Shown: positions 36,060 to 49,985, counted from the stretch's first letter. The stretch is DNA of 64,000 bases from Histomonas meleagridis 2922-C6/04-290x (GCA_020184695.1 JAANOX010000070.1:62001-126000), one strand, 5' to 3'. Made by a program: numbers and translations. The notes: generated from the letters alone by a model not told the origin.

Positions 36060-36651
36060 TTCTTTCCCTATTAAGAAATGGTCGTCACTTTGCTATAACC
36101 GCCATGACACATTGTGAATTTTTTCATCAACATTTAACATTTATAATTAAATATCTTTTATTCATTTAACACAAAAGATTTATTGATATTAATTAAGTCT
36201 TTAAAAAAAAATATTATTTTGAAACATTAAATTATTAAAATTAAATAAAACAAATATATATTTGTTCCAAAATAAGATAAATTATTTGCTTTGCTTTTAA
36301 TCTTTTTTAATAATTCATTTCTTTTATTATACCAAATTCTTAATTATTAGTTTCATATAAAATTGTATATGGTTATTATTTATTTATCTTTTAAATTCTT
36401 AATAACAAATTTAAGTACTATTGTACTTCAGGAAGTTAAGAATATAGTAAAATTACTTCTCTATATAATACTATATATTAAACTCTTTTAAAATAAAAAT
36501 TAATCCGCAAATATCCGACCGTTAAAAAGCAGAATTTAGAAAAAGTGATCAATATTCCCAAAATTCAATAATAAGTATCAGTTATAAATGCACCAAAAGC
36601 AGACAACAACAAATCAGAAATCTCAAAACGAATGGGAAACATTTACAACGC

Positions 36652-38700
36652 TCAAAAACATAATCTTTGATTTGAATATCGGTAATTTTGCTCAATCAGT
36701 AATTTAATGATTTCTTTTGTGCACTTTTCACATGCCCATAAAAGTATTGTTTTAAATAATTAAAATATTTTCCAAATATTATTTTGAAATACGAAATTAT
36801 TATAATAAATATAGTCTTTAGCATTAATATCAATTCCTTCTTGTTCAAGAAGTAATTTAAAGATTACTATTGAGCAATTATCACATGTTCATGTAAGTAT
36901 AGTATAAAATAATTAAAATAATTATGAAATATTATTTTGAAATTCCATAATATTAAAATAAATAAAAAATAAAACAGATTAATTTTTGATTACTAATATC
37001 AATTACTTCTTGTTCCAAAAGTAATTTAACTATTTCAATATGATAATATTTAGCTGCATACATAAAATGTTGTCATAAGTTATCTAATCAAATTTTAAAA
37101 GTCATTTTAAAATATTCCAAAATTATTAAAATAAATTTTAAGCAAAACAATAAAATACTTTCAACATTAATATCAATTCCTTCTTGTTCAAGAAGTAATT
37201 TAACGATTTCCACATAACCTTTTTCAGATGCATAAATAAGTGCTGTTTTTAAATAATTTAAATAATTTTTAAATATTATTCTCAAATATTAAATAAAACA
37301 TATAAATTATATCTTTGGCATTAATATTTATTCCTTCTTGATGAAGAAGTATTTTAAATATATCAATATAACCATTTTCAGATGCATTTAAAAATTCATG
37401 AAAAAATTTGAAAAAATTGTAAAAATTATTATGAAATAATAAAAAAAATTATTAAATATTCAATAAAATTAACAAACATCTTTTTTTAAGTTAATATATC
37501 TTTTATGAATAAGGAAGTCTATAAGTTCTTCATTCCCTGAAAAACTTGTAATTTTTGATAATTTTAAGAAATTGATTTTATTTTAAGAAAATATTGAACA
37601 ATATATAAATTACCTGTGGTAATTGAATCAAGAATGAGGGTTTCATTATTCATTCCTTCTTTAATTAAAAATGAAAGGATATCAAAATTACAATATAATA
37701 TACATTTTTTTCCTAATTTTTCCAAATTATCTATTTCAACAATTTTATTTTCATAAATATAATGAAAAATTTCATTTCGATGAAATTCAATTGCTGTTTC
37801 ATATGCATCTTCAAATGATGAATGATTTTGTTCACATAAATGAATAATTTCTTCATTTCCACTTGCAATTGAATATTTACCTGCGTTTTCTACTTTTGCA
37901 CCATTCATAAGTAAATATTTAAAACATTTTATTGAAGAAAAAAATGCTGCATAATCAATTAAAGAAACATTTTCTTGATTAATAAATGAACATCTTTTAT
38001 AAAGTGATGGTTCAATTTTTTGGTTAAAATCAAAATTTGTTTGTGATGAAACTTTTTGAAGTTTTTTGATTTCATCATTTCGAATTATTTCGCAATTTCA
38101 TTTGGATTATGTCCTTCTTTAATTAATTTCTTATGTAATTCCCAATCATTCTTTGATAACTTTTCATAATTATATACAAATTGCTTTACAAAATCAATAT
38201 GATTTGATTCTTTTATTTTAATATTTTTATTAATTTCATTAATTCCATGTTTTCTTATTAATTCAATATAATTATTAATATTTTCCTTGTGAATATAATG
38301 TGAAAAATATAAAGATATTGTTTTACTTTGAATAACATTTGGTTTAATCATCGAGTTTTTACACATTATTTCAAGAAGATAATTTGTTTCTTGATTATTT
38401 ATAGAAAATAATAATTGTATAAATATAGTAATAACATTGTGATTTAATTTATCTTCAATATTTCGTAATAAATCAAAACATAATTTTTCATGTTCTTGTT
38501 GATTTGAAATAAAATATGAATATATAATTCGAGATAATATTAAAAATATAAGAATATGATAATTCATTTGAAAAATAATTTAATAAAGATTTAACTGTTT
38601 CATCAATATTATTTTCATTTAAATTAAAAATGATTTCTTCAAAATTTTGTAACGTTTGAAGGTTGTTGTATTTTATAGTATTACTATGAGATAATCCCAT
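36652..38700 (-). pseudogene. DUF3447-ankyrin gene B (right copy)
   Basis: Mirror of 30103-32058, including the ~100 nt missing on the left. Confidence 0.7.
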
Positions 38701-39542
38701 CAATAAAAATTTAAATTCAGCTTTTGCAGTTAAAATTTTATGGAATCTTAGACCGTTTATTAACGGAATGAGAGCCCGATATCGGAGTTTGATTGAATTG
38801 TTATTAATCGTTCTCATTCAATCTTTTCTTTGAATAAAACTAAATTAAATTTAACTTGAGCCTTATTTCGATTAAAACAGTGACGATTTTTATTGATAAC
38901 TTTCAGATTCTCCAGGGGTTTATTGCTTGTTATAGCTTTTGTTTCAAAAAATTAATGAAACTTTATTAATAATATAATTATTTTTTTTTATTTTGATTTT
39001 GATTTATATATGATAAATATAACAAATTACAAATAACATTTAAAAATGTTTCTGAAAAACATTTATCATAATAATTTAAAGAAGGTTCAACAAATATTTC
39101 AATATTTTCATTGAATAAATTTATAATTTTTTCAAGAAATAAGTTTTAGTAATGTTTGTTATATATATATTTGAATCTTACTTATTCTTTATATATTGTT
39201 TTCTTTTCATTTTCGATTTCAACTCAATGCGAATGAGATGGAAAAGCCATTTTACATTTTTGTGCTTCAAAATAGAAATTATTATAATATTTATTCAATG
39301 AAGAAAATATATTTTTATTATATTAAAATTCATTAAGCTAAATATTTTTGTATCCTTTTTTAAAATTATATATTTAATAAATGAAACATTTATTTAAAGA
39401 ATTATTATTAAGCAAACACAAACAAATTTTTCATTCATTTGTAATAGATGATAATATGAAAAATTGAATAAATATTTTATGTCATGAGAAATTTGAAAGC
39501 TTTTATCTTTTTTTGTGTTTTGAAAAGTTTATGGTCGTTTAG

Positions 39543-40988
39543 ATGAAAGAAAACAAAAAAAAGAAAGAGAAATTTATGATAGAAACTAATAAATTAACCA
39601 AAATGATAACATTAACAAGACCAGAAATATCATCGAAAGTTTCGAAACTTTATGAAAAAATACGAGAATCTTATTTCAAAAATGACGAAAATTATTTATT
39701 AAAATATATCACCAAACTTTATCTTTATAGTGTTAATGATTATCTTGATATTGATGAAACATTTGAACGAAATAAAATTCAAGATATTTTTTTTCAAGTT
39801 TTAACAAATAATTATAAAGAAGAAATTCAAGAATCAATTATTACATTTTATTGTAATATTTTTCAACATTCACATAATATTTTAATTGAAAGTACTGTTG
39901 AAAAAGGATTTGTTAATATTTTAAATAAATTTATTGAAGATAAAGAAGAATATTTAATTCCATCAATTTTACAATGTTTTATTAACATTAATTATAATTC
40001 AAGATATTCACGTGATAAAATCATTGAAGTTCTTAATTTTGAAACATTCCAAAATTATGTTCTTTCACAAAACAAAACAATACAAAAACATTCGATTCAA
40101 TTAATTTATTCACTTTGTCTTTATCCAATTGAACGAACTAAATTTGAAATTCTTTGTAAATATATACATCATTTTATTATTCAATGTTATAATAAATATA
40201 TACCAACATTAATTAAATCAATTCAAGAATTAATTAAAAACAATTTTCAATATTTGAAATATTATTTAGAAAACATTATAATTAATAAGTTAACACCGAT
40301 TCAATATTATGAGAAATTACTTCAATATGAAATTAATGATGAAGAACTTAAAATTAAAATCATTCAGTCTATTATCGAATTATTTATAAATATAAATTTA
40401 GAAGAAAATATTAAAATCGAATTTAATTATAACTTAATAATTGAAATGTTATTAAATAAACATTTTCGAGTTTTGTTTCCTTTGTTACGTTTTTTATCGA
40501 ATAGTTTAATTAAAAAAGATATTCAAGAAATTTTAATTGATTATATTGAAGAATATCATTTAATTCAACGAATAATTGAACTTTGTAATGATAATAACAT
40601 TTATATCACTATTGAATCAATATTTCTATTAACGAATATTCTTCGATTTTGTAGTATTAAACAATATCAAATATTATTTGAACAATATAATGAATATAAA
40701 GAAAAAAACAAAGAAACGAAAAACATTATCGAAATTTTAATATCGACATTTGATTTAGAAAACGAAGAACTTATTGAAAACTCATTAATTTGTATATATA
40801 AAATGTATCAAATTGAAGAAATTTATAAAATTAATTATAATATTAAAGAAGAAATATTACAAAATAACATAATCGAAACTATAGAAAATTTACTTGAAAG
40901 TGAAAATGAAAATATATCAAAAAATGCATTTTTGTTTCAAAGAAATATATTTAATGAAAGAAAACCTTTTTCTTTTATTGTAGAATAA
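39543..40988 (+). CDS. ARM-repeat (importin-alpha-like fold) protein, intact copy
   Basis: 481 aa helical-repeat ORF (ITIESIFLLTNIL, ENSLICIYKM); likely start at ATG 39576. Confidence 0.6.
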   Translation: MKENKKKKEKFMIETNKLTKMITLTRPEISSKVSKLYEKIRESYFKNDENYLLKYITKLYLYSVNDYLDIDETFERNKIQDIFFQVLTNNYKEEIQESIITFYCNIFQHSHNILIESTVEKGFVNILNKFIEDKEEYLIPSILQCFININYNSRYSRDKIIEVLNFETFQNYVLSQNKTIQKHSIQLIYSLCLYPIERTKFEILCKYIHHFIIQCYNKYIPTLIKSIQELIKNNFQYLKYYLENIIINKLTPIQYYEKLLQYEINDEELKIKIIQSIIELFININLEENIKIEFNYNLIIEMLLNKHFRVLFPLLRFLSNSLIKKDIQEILIDYIEEYHLIQRIIELCNDNNIYITIESIFLLTNILRFCSIKQYQILFEQYNEYKEKNKETKNIIEILISTFDLENEELIENSLICIYKMYQIEEIYKINYNIKEEILQNNIIETIENLLESENENISKNAFLFQRNIFNERKPFSFIVE

Positions 40989-41034
40989 ATAAAATAAAAT
41001 ATATATTTAAAGTTCTTTTATTATTTCATTATCT

Positions 41035-41700
41035 TTAATATTTTTCTTTAATATACGTCGAAATATTTAAATAATAATCCATCGGACCTTTATAATATTG
41101 AGTTTCTTTATCTTTAATTAATATAATTTGTTCTTTATTTAATATTTGAAATTCTTTAAAAATTGTTTTATTATGTGTATAACCAATGCGAAGATGTTCA
41201 TTTTGAAAATTATTACTAATTGATAACCAATAAATAGGTGGCTGATTTCGATTACTAAATAAAATAACACTATTTCTTTCATCATTTAGCCAAGAAATAT
41301 TTGGCGTTTCACAATAATTTGGAATATAACTAGTACACGCTTTAATAAATGTAGATTCACTTCTAAAGAAACTAAAATGTGTAGAAATACCTTTAGAATG
41401 AAAAATTAAAAATGTTGGAATTGATGTTATTCGAAACCGTTGTGATAACTTTGGATTTCGTGAAATATCTATATGACAAAATGTAATCATACCTTCAAGT
41501 TTTTTAGATGCTGATATAAATCCTGGATATGATGCACGACATGCTGGACATTGTTCACCATGAAACATTACAAAAAATACTGACGAATTTTGGCGATTAT
41601 CTATGATACGTTCAAAGTTCTTATCTGTTAATTCTATCACTGGTTTTGGAAATAATCGAATCATAATACATTTTTGAAGAAATAAATATAAAAAAAACAT
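41035..41700 (-). CDS. Thioredoxin/PDI-like protein (right copy, C-terminal frameshift)
   Basis: Identical to 27080-27769 until the last ~15 codons. Confidence 0.75.
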   Translation of the reverse strand: MFFLYLFLQKCIMIRLFPKPVIELTDKNFERIIDNRQNSSVFFVMFHGEQCPACRASYPGFISASKKLEGMITFCHIDISRNPKLSQRFRITSIPTFLIFHSKGISTHFSFFRSESTFIKACTSYIPNYCETPNISWLNDERNSVILFSNRNQPPIYWLSISNNFQNEHLRIGYTHNKTIFKEFQILNKEQIILIKDKETQYYKGPMDYYLNISTYIKEKY

Positions 41701-41754
41701 TTTCTGAATTAACGTGCGAAAAGTGGCAAAATCAAAAAAAAAAAATATTTTTTA

Positions 41755-42368
41755 TTAATAAGGATTATAATAACGCAATTGTTGTTGTGTAACTTGTGGT
41801 AATGGCCGAGCAAATGTTTGTGTAATTGATTGTGTAAATGTTTGTGGAACTGGCCCATAAAGAATTTTTGGAATACCTAACAAAAGATCAGATGGATTTT
41901 TGTTGCATTTGTGTTGTGGTTATTGCTGCTGTGATTGTTGTGGAATTGGTTTCCATGCTGGAATAACTAGAAGATTTCTATTTGGTGCACTAAAAGCTTC
42001 GTTTTCATTTTTACAAATATGAACATCCATTTCAATATTAAACTCTTTTGGATTCATTGGATATGTCTCATGAACAACAAAATTATGTGGAAACCATTGC
42101 AAAGGAAGTGAAACTCGACATAAAACTTCTTCTTTTTTATTTTGATTTAGAATTGCAATATTAATCATGTTTTTACCTGTTGCATTCGAATATGGTAAAC
42201 TAAATATACTGTTCGTTAAAAATTCAGTACCAAAGATCAAAAACCTTTCTTGTGAATAATCTGAGTTGTCTCACTTGAAATTAACTCAATGATCATAATG
42301 ATTATGTTTTATGATGTTTTGGATCCTTTGATAAAGTTTGACTTTAATGCCCATCACTTTTCCATCAT
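41755..42368 (-). CDS. C2-like protein (right copy, frameshifted)
   Basis: Noisy mirror of 26423-27025. Confidence 0.5.
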
Positions 42369-42714
42369 TTTGTCAAGAAAAATTTTCGTGATTTTGACCG
42401 TTAATTCAAAATCATGTCTTTTATTAATCTATGTCTTTTATTTAAAAATTATATATAATGATTCTACATCTTAAACAGAAAACATTCATAAAAATTATTA
42501 ATCAAGGAATGATAAATAAATTAAAATATCATCAAATATATAAATTGAATAAAATTATACTATATAGATTTCAATAAATCTTAATATGCATAAATGAATT
42601 GTTTTTTTTTTTTTAATTTAATTCTAACTTAAAATTGTTTATTTTATCATTTTGAATGTTAAACAAAGTTTGTCAATTATCATTTTTTATTCTGTATTTT
42701 TTCAAATTTGTTAC

Positions 42715-43897
42715 ATGGAAAATTTAACCAGAGATCATAGTGATATAGAACTTTTAGATTATAATCGAAAAGAATTAATAATTTTAATGCATACGAATTT
42801 ATATGAAGAACAAATTCGTCAAGTAAATATTTTACTTTCTAATTTAAATTTAATGGATGAAGATGAATTAACATTATTTTTTTCAGATTTTCCTTATTAT
42901 GAAATGTTTAATGTTTTTAAAAGAAATCTTTCATTTGAAGGAAGTTTTAAATTTTTAAAATTAATTTCATATTATATTACAGATAATTTTAATAGTGAAG
43001 AATTTATGAATGATAATGATTTAAATATATTAATATCATTCTTAAATAATTCATTTACCGCAGATGATTCATTTCAAATTCTTTATTATATTTGTGTTAC
43101 ATCAGAAGAATATTGTTTAATATTATGTACACAATATCAAATATTAACGAAACTTAATTTTTGTAACTAATTCATTACGAAATAAAATTATATTATATCT
43201 TTGTACATTTCGACATGAAATTAATATTTATCCATATATTTATGATTTAATTCATTCTACAGAAGAAATTGATTTAATATTTGGTATTAAATGTGTTATG
43301 TTTTTGAAAATTAATGAAAATTTTGAAATGTTTTTTAATTTAATTGTTGAAAATTTAATGATAATATATGAAAATATTCAAGAAACAGAAACGAAAGTAA
43401 ATTTATTTAATCTTTTATCATTATCAAATCATTTATCTAATGATATTAATATATTTCTTATGAATATTCTTCAAAATAATAACGAAATTATAGTTTTTAA
43501 AAGTATATTAAATATTTTTATAGTTAATTCAGAAAATTGGAAAGGAAATATTAATAATTTTGAAATCTGTAAAATAATTATAATAATGTTAGAAAGGAAT
43601 TTAACATATGATATTAAAGTTTTGTTTTTGAAATCAATTTTAATATTTTATGACTTTATAAAATGGAAAAATGAAAAAATATTTCAATTATTAATTGATT
43701 TTTTAGACGATAAAACATTTACATTTCGATGTATAAAGTGTATTGAAATAATGTTAGCAAATGGAAAAGAATATCTGAATACATATTCACAATATTTTTA
43801 TGAATTACAAAATATTATTTATGAATTAATGACAGAAGTTGAATGTGATGAAAATACATTTGAAATCTTTCAAATAGTTCTATCATATATCGAATGA
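42715..43897 (+). CDS. ARM/HEAT-like hypothetical protein (right copy, one frameshift)
   Basis: Mirror of 24876-26071. Confidence 0.55.
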
Positions 43898-44007
43898 ATA
43901 CATAATTTTGAACATTTCTGCATTCACATTCTTAAATATATTTATAATTTAATAAAGATACAAATTATACGTTGATAACTTTTACATATTTTTAATTTTA
44001 TTATTTT

Positions 44008-45505
44008 TTAGTTTATACTTTGATTCATTTGATAATCAAGAACAGAGCGAAGTGACGGAACGTTCTTTGGCGGATTTTTCTTCACGTCCACTGAGAACGA
44101 CCCTCCGACCATAACGAACCTGACGACGCACGCCTCTTCGATGAGTGAGCGTGTACGCCCACTCGTTGCTGTGCGAGTCCATGCGCCCTTTGACGAGACT
44201 TCTGCTGCATTGTTCCGTCTTTGTTTCGCACTTCGTATTTCGCTGTTACTTCTTTTCCAATTGGTAAATTCGCGATTTCGCACAACGAAATCACCTTCAA
44301 ATTTTTGCCCAATTTCGAACTTCTGTAATTGTTCTCTTTCATCTGCGAATATCCCCACGATGTGTTCGAGTCCTTCGCAAAGTATATACCTTTGCCGTAA
44401 CAACTACCATTCGCTTGCAAACTCGTTCCTGACGCATTCACAAGTCCGTTTCGAATGATCGAATGCCAGCGCTCTGCGTGCGAACCGTGGAAAGATAAAT
44501 ACTTCGCCGAACTGCTGCTTGATCGACTGGAACGCAGACTCAGCTTCAGAAGAAGAGACAAGCGCCATAAACTGCGCGCTGCCTTTGAACATCGGAATTT
44601 CCATTTCTGGTGGAAGTCGAATTAAATGCGATCGACATGACAAAAGAATCCATCGAACAAAGCTGAAGACCACGTTTGCTAATCGCTTTCGCAAGCTGTT
44701 GATCATTTTCATAATTGGACATGTCGTCGCACGTAGGAAGGTAATGCAGAATTTCTTTGATTTCATCGCGCGTGAAATCGTTCGGATACGGTGTGCAGAA
44801 CTTTGTGTCGTACGCTGCAGAAAATAACGAAATCAATAAATCTGCTGACGAAACATCGCGTTTAATCTCTTGAATGACGGACAAGCCAATCCCAATCGTA
44901 GAAAATTGAAAATTGCAGAGCTTGTTGTCGCAAACAGATGGCTTAAGCCCTTTGGAGATCGGGCGGCGGCACAAGCAGCAGTGGTCCTGGAGATCAAAGA
45001 GCGTTTCTGCTAATTCTAACGCAAAAATAAAGTAATGGGTTTTGATGATATGCTGCAAAATCACTCGGCTTGGCTTCGTCGGATGCGCCGGGTAACAATT
45101 CGCCCGTGCGCATAAGGTGAAGTGCACGCTCATAATTATTATTACATAACGATAAGGCACGCCGTGATTGTGAATCACTTAGATGCTCTTCGGCACAAAG
45201 CTTTTCAACTAATGCTTTGTTTGGATGCGTAGAACTACAAAGTGTAAACTTCGAACATTGATAATATTCACGTGGTTTATAATCTATAGAAAAGAAATCT
45301 TTGACAACATTCTGCATCAATGCTTTGCCTGGAAAAACTTCTCCATATACTGGATGATGAATATGAACAGACTTAGGCGAATGCTATTCCCTGCATCCAT
45401 TTCAGCATCTTCTTGAAATCCATCTTCATAAAACTCTTCTTCATAATATGCTTGGTCATAATTTCCTTCTTGATAATAATCTTCATAAAGTTCTTCTTCT
45501 TCCAT
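44008..45505 (-). pseudogene. PARP6/8-like gene, right copy, fragmented
   Basis: Several 1-nt indels plus loss of 238 nt (left coordinates 23158-23395). Confidence 0.75.
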
Positions 45506-45994
45506 TTAATAATTTTTAAACATTGTCGTGCTTTCAAAAAGTCATATAATTTGACAAATGGAAAAAAACAATAATTTTTAAAATTTTCCACAAATAAAAT
45601 TAATTTTGCTAATTAGCGTTGAACTTAAACCGAAGAAACAAAATTTTTGATTTGAATCCCATCCAAAAATATTTTGTGGTCCGAAATTAATACTCAATAG
45701 TAAGAGTGTTACAATATTAACACTTTTTTATGAGTTTCATATCTTACATAAGGCACAATAAAGTTTTTGAAAGGATTAAAAAAATTCTTTTTGATATTAT
45801 ATAAATTTCAAAAATTTCGGCCCAGCATCTTTTTAGCTTTTATCCCATATCAGAATAACTAAACCAATAACAATAACCATAGCTGTAACTGGTACAAATA
45901 TGCTTACTGCAATTACTATCGCACAATTTGACTTTGGCGTGTTTAATAACGACATTATCCATAAAAAGATTTATTCTTTTGAGTATTTATTAAA

Positions 45995-47110
45995 TCAAAC
46001 AATTTCATATATCGCGTGGTATAAGTTACCGCGAATTGATTGGAAAGTTTTTTGTCCATCAATCTTTATGTATTCTCTGTTTGATATTAAGTGTCTCGAA
46101 AAGTATCCATTACATTTTGATATGAGATCATTCACTAAATTGTTTATTTGTGTGTTATCCATTTTTTGAAATGCTGGATTTTTGCGCGCTGTATTTATAA
46201 TATCTTGAACAGGAAGTGTTTTCTTTTTTTGTGTCGTAAATGTAATATTCATTACATCAGCAAGCTTTAAAAGATCTTCGTTTCCTCGGTAACTTGCAAT
46301 TTCAGATAACGCATTTAGTTTTTGCGCCTTTTCTTGAACCATTTTAGCAACAGCAAAATAGGAATTTAAGTTGGCGCATGACTTTGGAACTTCGTTGGCT
46401 ATAATTGATTGAGTTGATGGACATTGGACAGCAGATATTGAAACTCTTTTTTCAACAAGTGGTTTGAGTGCATCGAAAACATTATATTGCTGTTGTGTTT
46501 GTGGTGGAGAAATTTCTATTGGCTTAATATCAGGAACAGAATCTAATTGAAAATGATGATGCCATTGATATATTTGTGCAGGAGCTTTTTCCTTTATAGA
46601 AATTAGAAATTTATGATGATATATTTTCACATGCTCCACAAGCTCATTGTAAACAAACCCAAGGATTTCATCAATTTTCTTATTTGAAACAAAATTCAAA
46701 TAAAGCTGATGTGGAAGATTTCTACGTCTATCTTCTTTCCATTCAGGAATAACTGTGTTTTCCGGAAGAACACGAAGAGACCTACCTAATGTCTGTTGGG
46801 TATAGGAATGTTTTGTTTCTCTTTCAACAATTTCTCTTACTCTTGAAAATGTTGTTACTTGTTTCCTAAGTCTGAGCATTGTTAGAGCTGAAATCATTGA
46901 GTTGGTTTGGTTTCTTAGAACCTCGAGTTTTTTTGGTAATGGTAAAGGTGGAAAAGAAACATTTGATTTTGGTATAGTTTCAGTAGTATTTAAAAGAAAT
47001 CCGAATTTTTGATCTGCATCTAAGTCATCTATATTTGTGGTGACTGATAAAGGCTTTATTTTTGATATTGGTGCTAGGCGATGAATTGGTTCTCTCTTTT
47101 GTTTCTTCAT
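45995..47110 (-). CDS. CDT1: Cdt1-like replication licensing factor
   Basis: RKQVTTFSRVREIVE..YTQQTLGR and WHHHFQLDSVPDI match the Cdt1 middle winged-helix domain. LLKLADVMNITFTTQKKKTL...REYIKID matches the C-terminal MCM-binding domain. Confidence 0.65.
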   Translation of the reverse strand: MKKQKREPIHRLAPISKIKPLSVTTNIDDLDADQKFGFLLNTTETIPKSNVSFPPLPLPKKLEVLRNQTNSMISALTMLRLRKQVTTFSRVREIVERETKHSYTQQTLGRSLRVLPENTVIPEWKEDRRRNLPHQLYLNFVSNKKIDEILGFVYNELVEHVKIYHHKFLISIKEKAPAQIYQWHHHFQLDSVPDIKPIEISPPQTQQQYNVFDALKPLVEKRVSISAVQCPSTQSIIANEVPKSCANLNSYFAVAKMVQEKAQKLNALSEIASYRGNEDLLKLADVMNITFTTQKKKTLPVQDIINTARKNPAFQKMDNTQINNLVNDLISKCNGYFSRHLISNREYIKIDGQKTFQSIRGNLYHAIYEIV

Positions 47111-47638
47111 TCAAATATAAACGAACGCCGGACGTTTAGAAAAAAGCGGGGATTATAACGGTCTCGACAATATAAAAACGTAATGAAATTTAAAAAACAT
47201 TTAACATAATTTCTATTATACTCGTACAGGTGAGTATAAAAACCAAGTGAAAAGTGTTGCATTTATATACTAAATTTCATCGATATATTGATCTGATATT
47301 TGATAATTTGAAAATAATTATTCAAGAAATTTATTTCTTGTGAATATATTGACTCCAACATAACTTCTACCAAACAGTGAATTTATGATATGAACTAGAT
47401 TCAAAGCATTAATTAAATTTCTTTGATAAACATTTTATTTACTACAAATTTTAGGGAACACACATGTCGATGATACATTGTCCACATATGCTGCTTTATA
47501 TTTATATTTTGATATTTTTTTTTCAGAGAATGTTAAAATTTACTTGAAACTTTTTTATTTACTTTACATATCTTAAATAAGTCAAAAATTATATTTTACA
47601 ATGCATTCAAAAAGTAGAACACTTCGAACCCATATCAA

Positions 47639-48235
47639 ATGAGCTCTCCTAATCCTTTTTCCATTAAAATCGTATTTCTAGGCGAAAGCGGGACTGGAAA
47701 AACAAGTATTGTCACAAAGTATGTTTCAGGTTCAATTCCAGAAGTATCTGTCCCAACTGTTGGTGCAGCATTTGTAACTAAAGATATAATATTCAACAAG
47801 AAAACAGTACAACTTTTGATCTGGGATACTGCAGGCCAAGAACTTTATAGAGGACTTGCTCCTATGTACTATCGAAATGCTGTTATTGCTTTTATTGTTT
47901 ATGATGTTACAAACGCTGCTTCTTACAAGGCCGTCGAATATTGGATTAACGAGTTAAAAGAAAAAGGAGAAGAACAAATGGTTTTGGTCATTTGTGGAAA
48001 TAAGATTGATCTTGAAGAAAGAGTTGTAGAAGAAGTAGAAGCACAAGCATTTGCATCTGGACACAATGCCATCTACGTGGAAACTAGTGCTGTTAGTGGA
48101 CAAGGGATTGACCGAATGTTCCAAAATGCAATTAGCGAACTCATTAAACTTCAATCCAGCAACAGAGTTTCACATCAACAAACAAGCTCTAACTCTATAC
48201 AAATCGAGAACACAAACCAAAGTTCATGTTGCTAA
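47639..48235 (+). CDS. Rab5/Rab22-like GTPase
   Basis: GESGTGKT, PTVGAAF, WDTAGQE, LAPMYYR, GNKID, C-terminal CC. Confidence 0.85.
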   Translation: MSSPNPFSIKIVFLGESGTGKTSIVTKYVSGSIPEVSVPTVGAAFVTKDIIFNKKTVQLLIWDTAGQELYRGLAPMYYRNAVIAFIVYDVTNAASYKAVEYWINELKEKGEEQMVLVICGNKIDLEERVVEEVEAQAFASGHNAIYVETSAVSGQGIDRMFQNAISELIKLQSSNRVSHQQTSSNSIQIENTNQSSCC

Positions 48236-49115
48236 TAAATATATTAGTTTTATCATTGGAATAAAAATGCTGTTAAAAAAAATATATTCTACAATAGGCT
48301 CATATATGCTAGTATGCAAAGACATTCATAAGTTTCTCTCTCCAAGCGAATGGCATTTGGAATTCGAAATTTTGTTCAAAAATTGAATGTAAACAACCGT
48401 TTCACATTCATTTACCAGCAAATTTTCCTATCGTTTATTTTGAAAAAGTTACAATCCGGTGACAAATTTATCATTATGACGATCAAAACCGCTCGTGCCT
48501 TCGGCACTCGCAAAATGTTGATAAACTTATGTTCAAAAACAATCTAATAATTCGTATAAAAATTTATTTATAGTCATCACTAAAAAAAATTAAACCTTTC
48601 GGTTTATTCAATTTGGTGGATCGAATAATTTCGTTTGACCATTAACAGTACAAATTAGTGGAATTGTCGGATTCCAGTGATATCCTTGATTATATCGCTA
48701 AAAAAGAGTCATGTGAGTTTTTCCTTTTCTGACGGTTATTTGGTACATACCGCAGTTTGAATGTGCCAATCGGTATCAAATTGTATTGCTTTTCTTCCAG
48801 TTTTCATTTTTAAAATGACTGTATAAATTCACATTCAAAAATGGAAAACCATATTTATAGCAACCATAAATTCAAACTTGTGTGTGTAACTTATGTTTGG
48901 CATCAATAAGCACATACTAAAATAAAATTAGGTAAAAGATATAAAAAATATTTAATTTCATACATATAATTCCCTAACACTTCAGTTTTTGAATATAAAC
49001 CCGATGATTTTTCATTCATTCGATTCTATCGTTGGGAAACCTTTCTACAACCACTTGATCATTAATGTTCAATAAAAATAAAAATCTAATATTCTCTTTA
49101 TTTATACAGAAATAA

Positions 49116-49985
49116 TTTAATACTTCAAAGTTATTATATTCAATTGCATGGTGAAGTGCTGTCTCAAACATAAAATGAAAACTTCAAAACATTATGGACT
49201 TCATTCACATTAACGCCTGGCTGCTTGACAACGTAAAGAGACATTTCTATATTTCTTGCCTGCGCAACTTTATATAATGAATCTGATGGTGGTATTCCAA
49301 ACTTTTGGAAATATTTAAAAATAAATACATTACCTTTATCAAACGATACATAAAAAAATGAGTGAGAATACATCGAATAACCAAATGATTCCAAAAAAGA
49401 AAGAATTTCATAGCTGTCGTGTCGAATGCATGCGGTTACCGCTTCACCATAAAAATGGCGGATGTCATCAGGAGACTTTTTATATAAATAATGAAAGAGT
49501 TCACTTCGATGAAATTTAATTACATCCTCATAGATATCTTTATATTCCACATAATTCACAATGTTATGAAATATATCTATGTTGCCTCCGATGACTGCAC
49601 ACCTTTTTGGTAATAAATGCTCGCTCCTTTCGATAACAAATAGTTAAAACATTTAACTGACCCATAAAATGCTGCATACAAAATAAGATCAAATCTTTCA
49701 TACTGTATATTGCATCATGCAAATAAATAGTTTGTCATTGGGCTTTCCTAATTCACTGAATTTTTTGAAAAACAATGCATAAACGTGATATTTTGGTGTA
49801 CGAAATTCAGTGTAAAGTAACCATGTAATCAATCTTGCAAGAACAGAATCAAAAGATAAGGGAAATTCTTTTGAATACATTTTCATTAGCGTTTCAATTG
49901 TGTCATCTAGATTGCCTTCTTCGAGGTTTGTTAAGAGTTCTTGGAGATTGGAGAGATATTGAATGGTCCCTTCTTCTTGCTCCAT
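49116..49985 (-). pseudogene. DUF3447-ankyrin gene A2, 3'-truncated copy
   Basis: Mirror of 17108-17983; breaks off inside an ankyrin repeat at GAAGTATTAAA. Confidence 0.7.

Larger units (their letters stand above)
35365..45543 (-). repeat. Inverted duplication arm B (right copy)
   Basis: Reverse complement of 22995-33352. Confidence 0.95.

Noticed and set aside
48236-49115. Possible gene or transposon remnant next to the arm A breakpoint
   Set aside because: Only short ORFs, with no transposase motif or terminal repeats recognisable.
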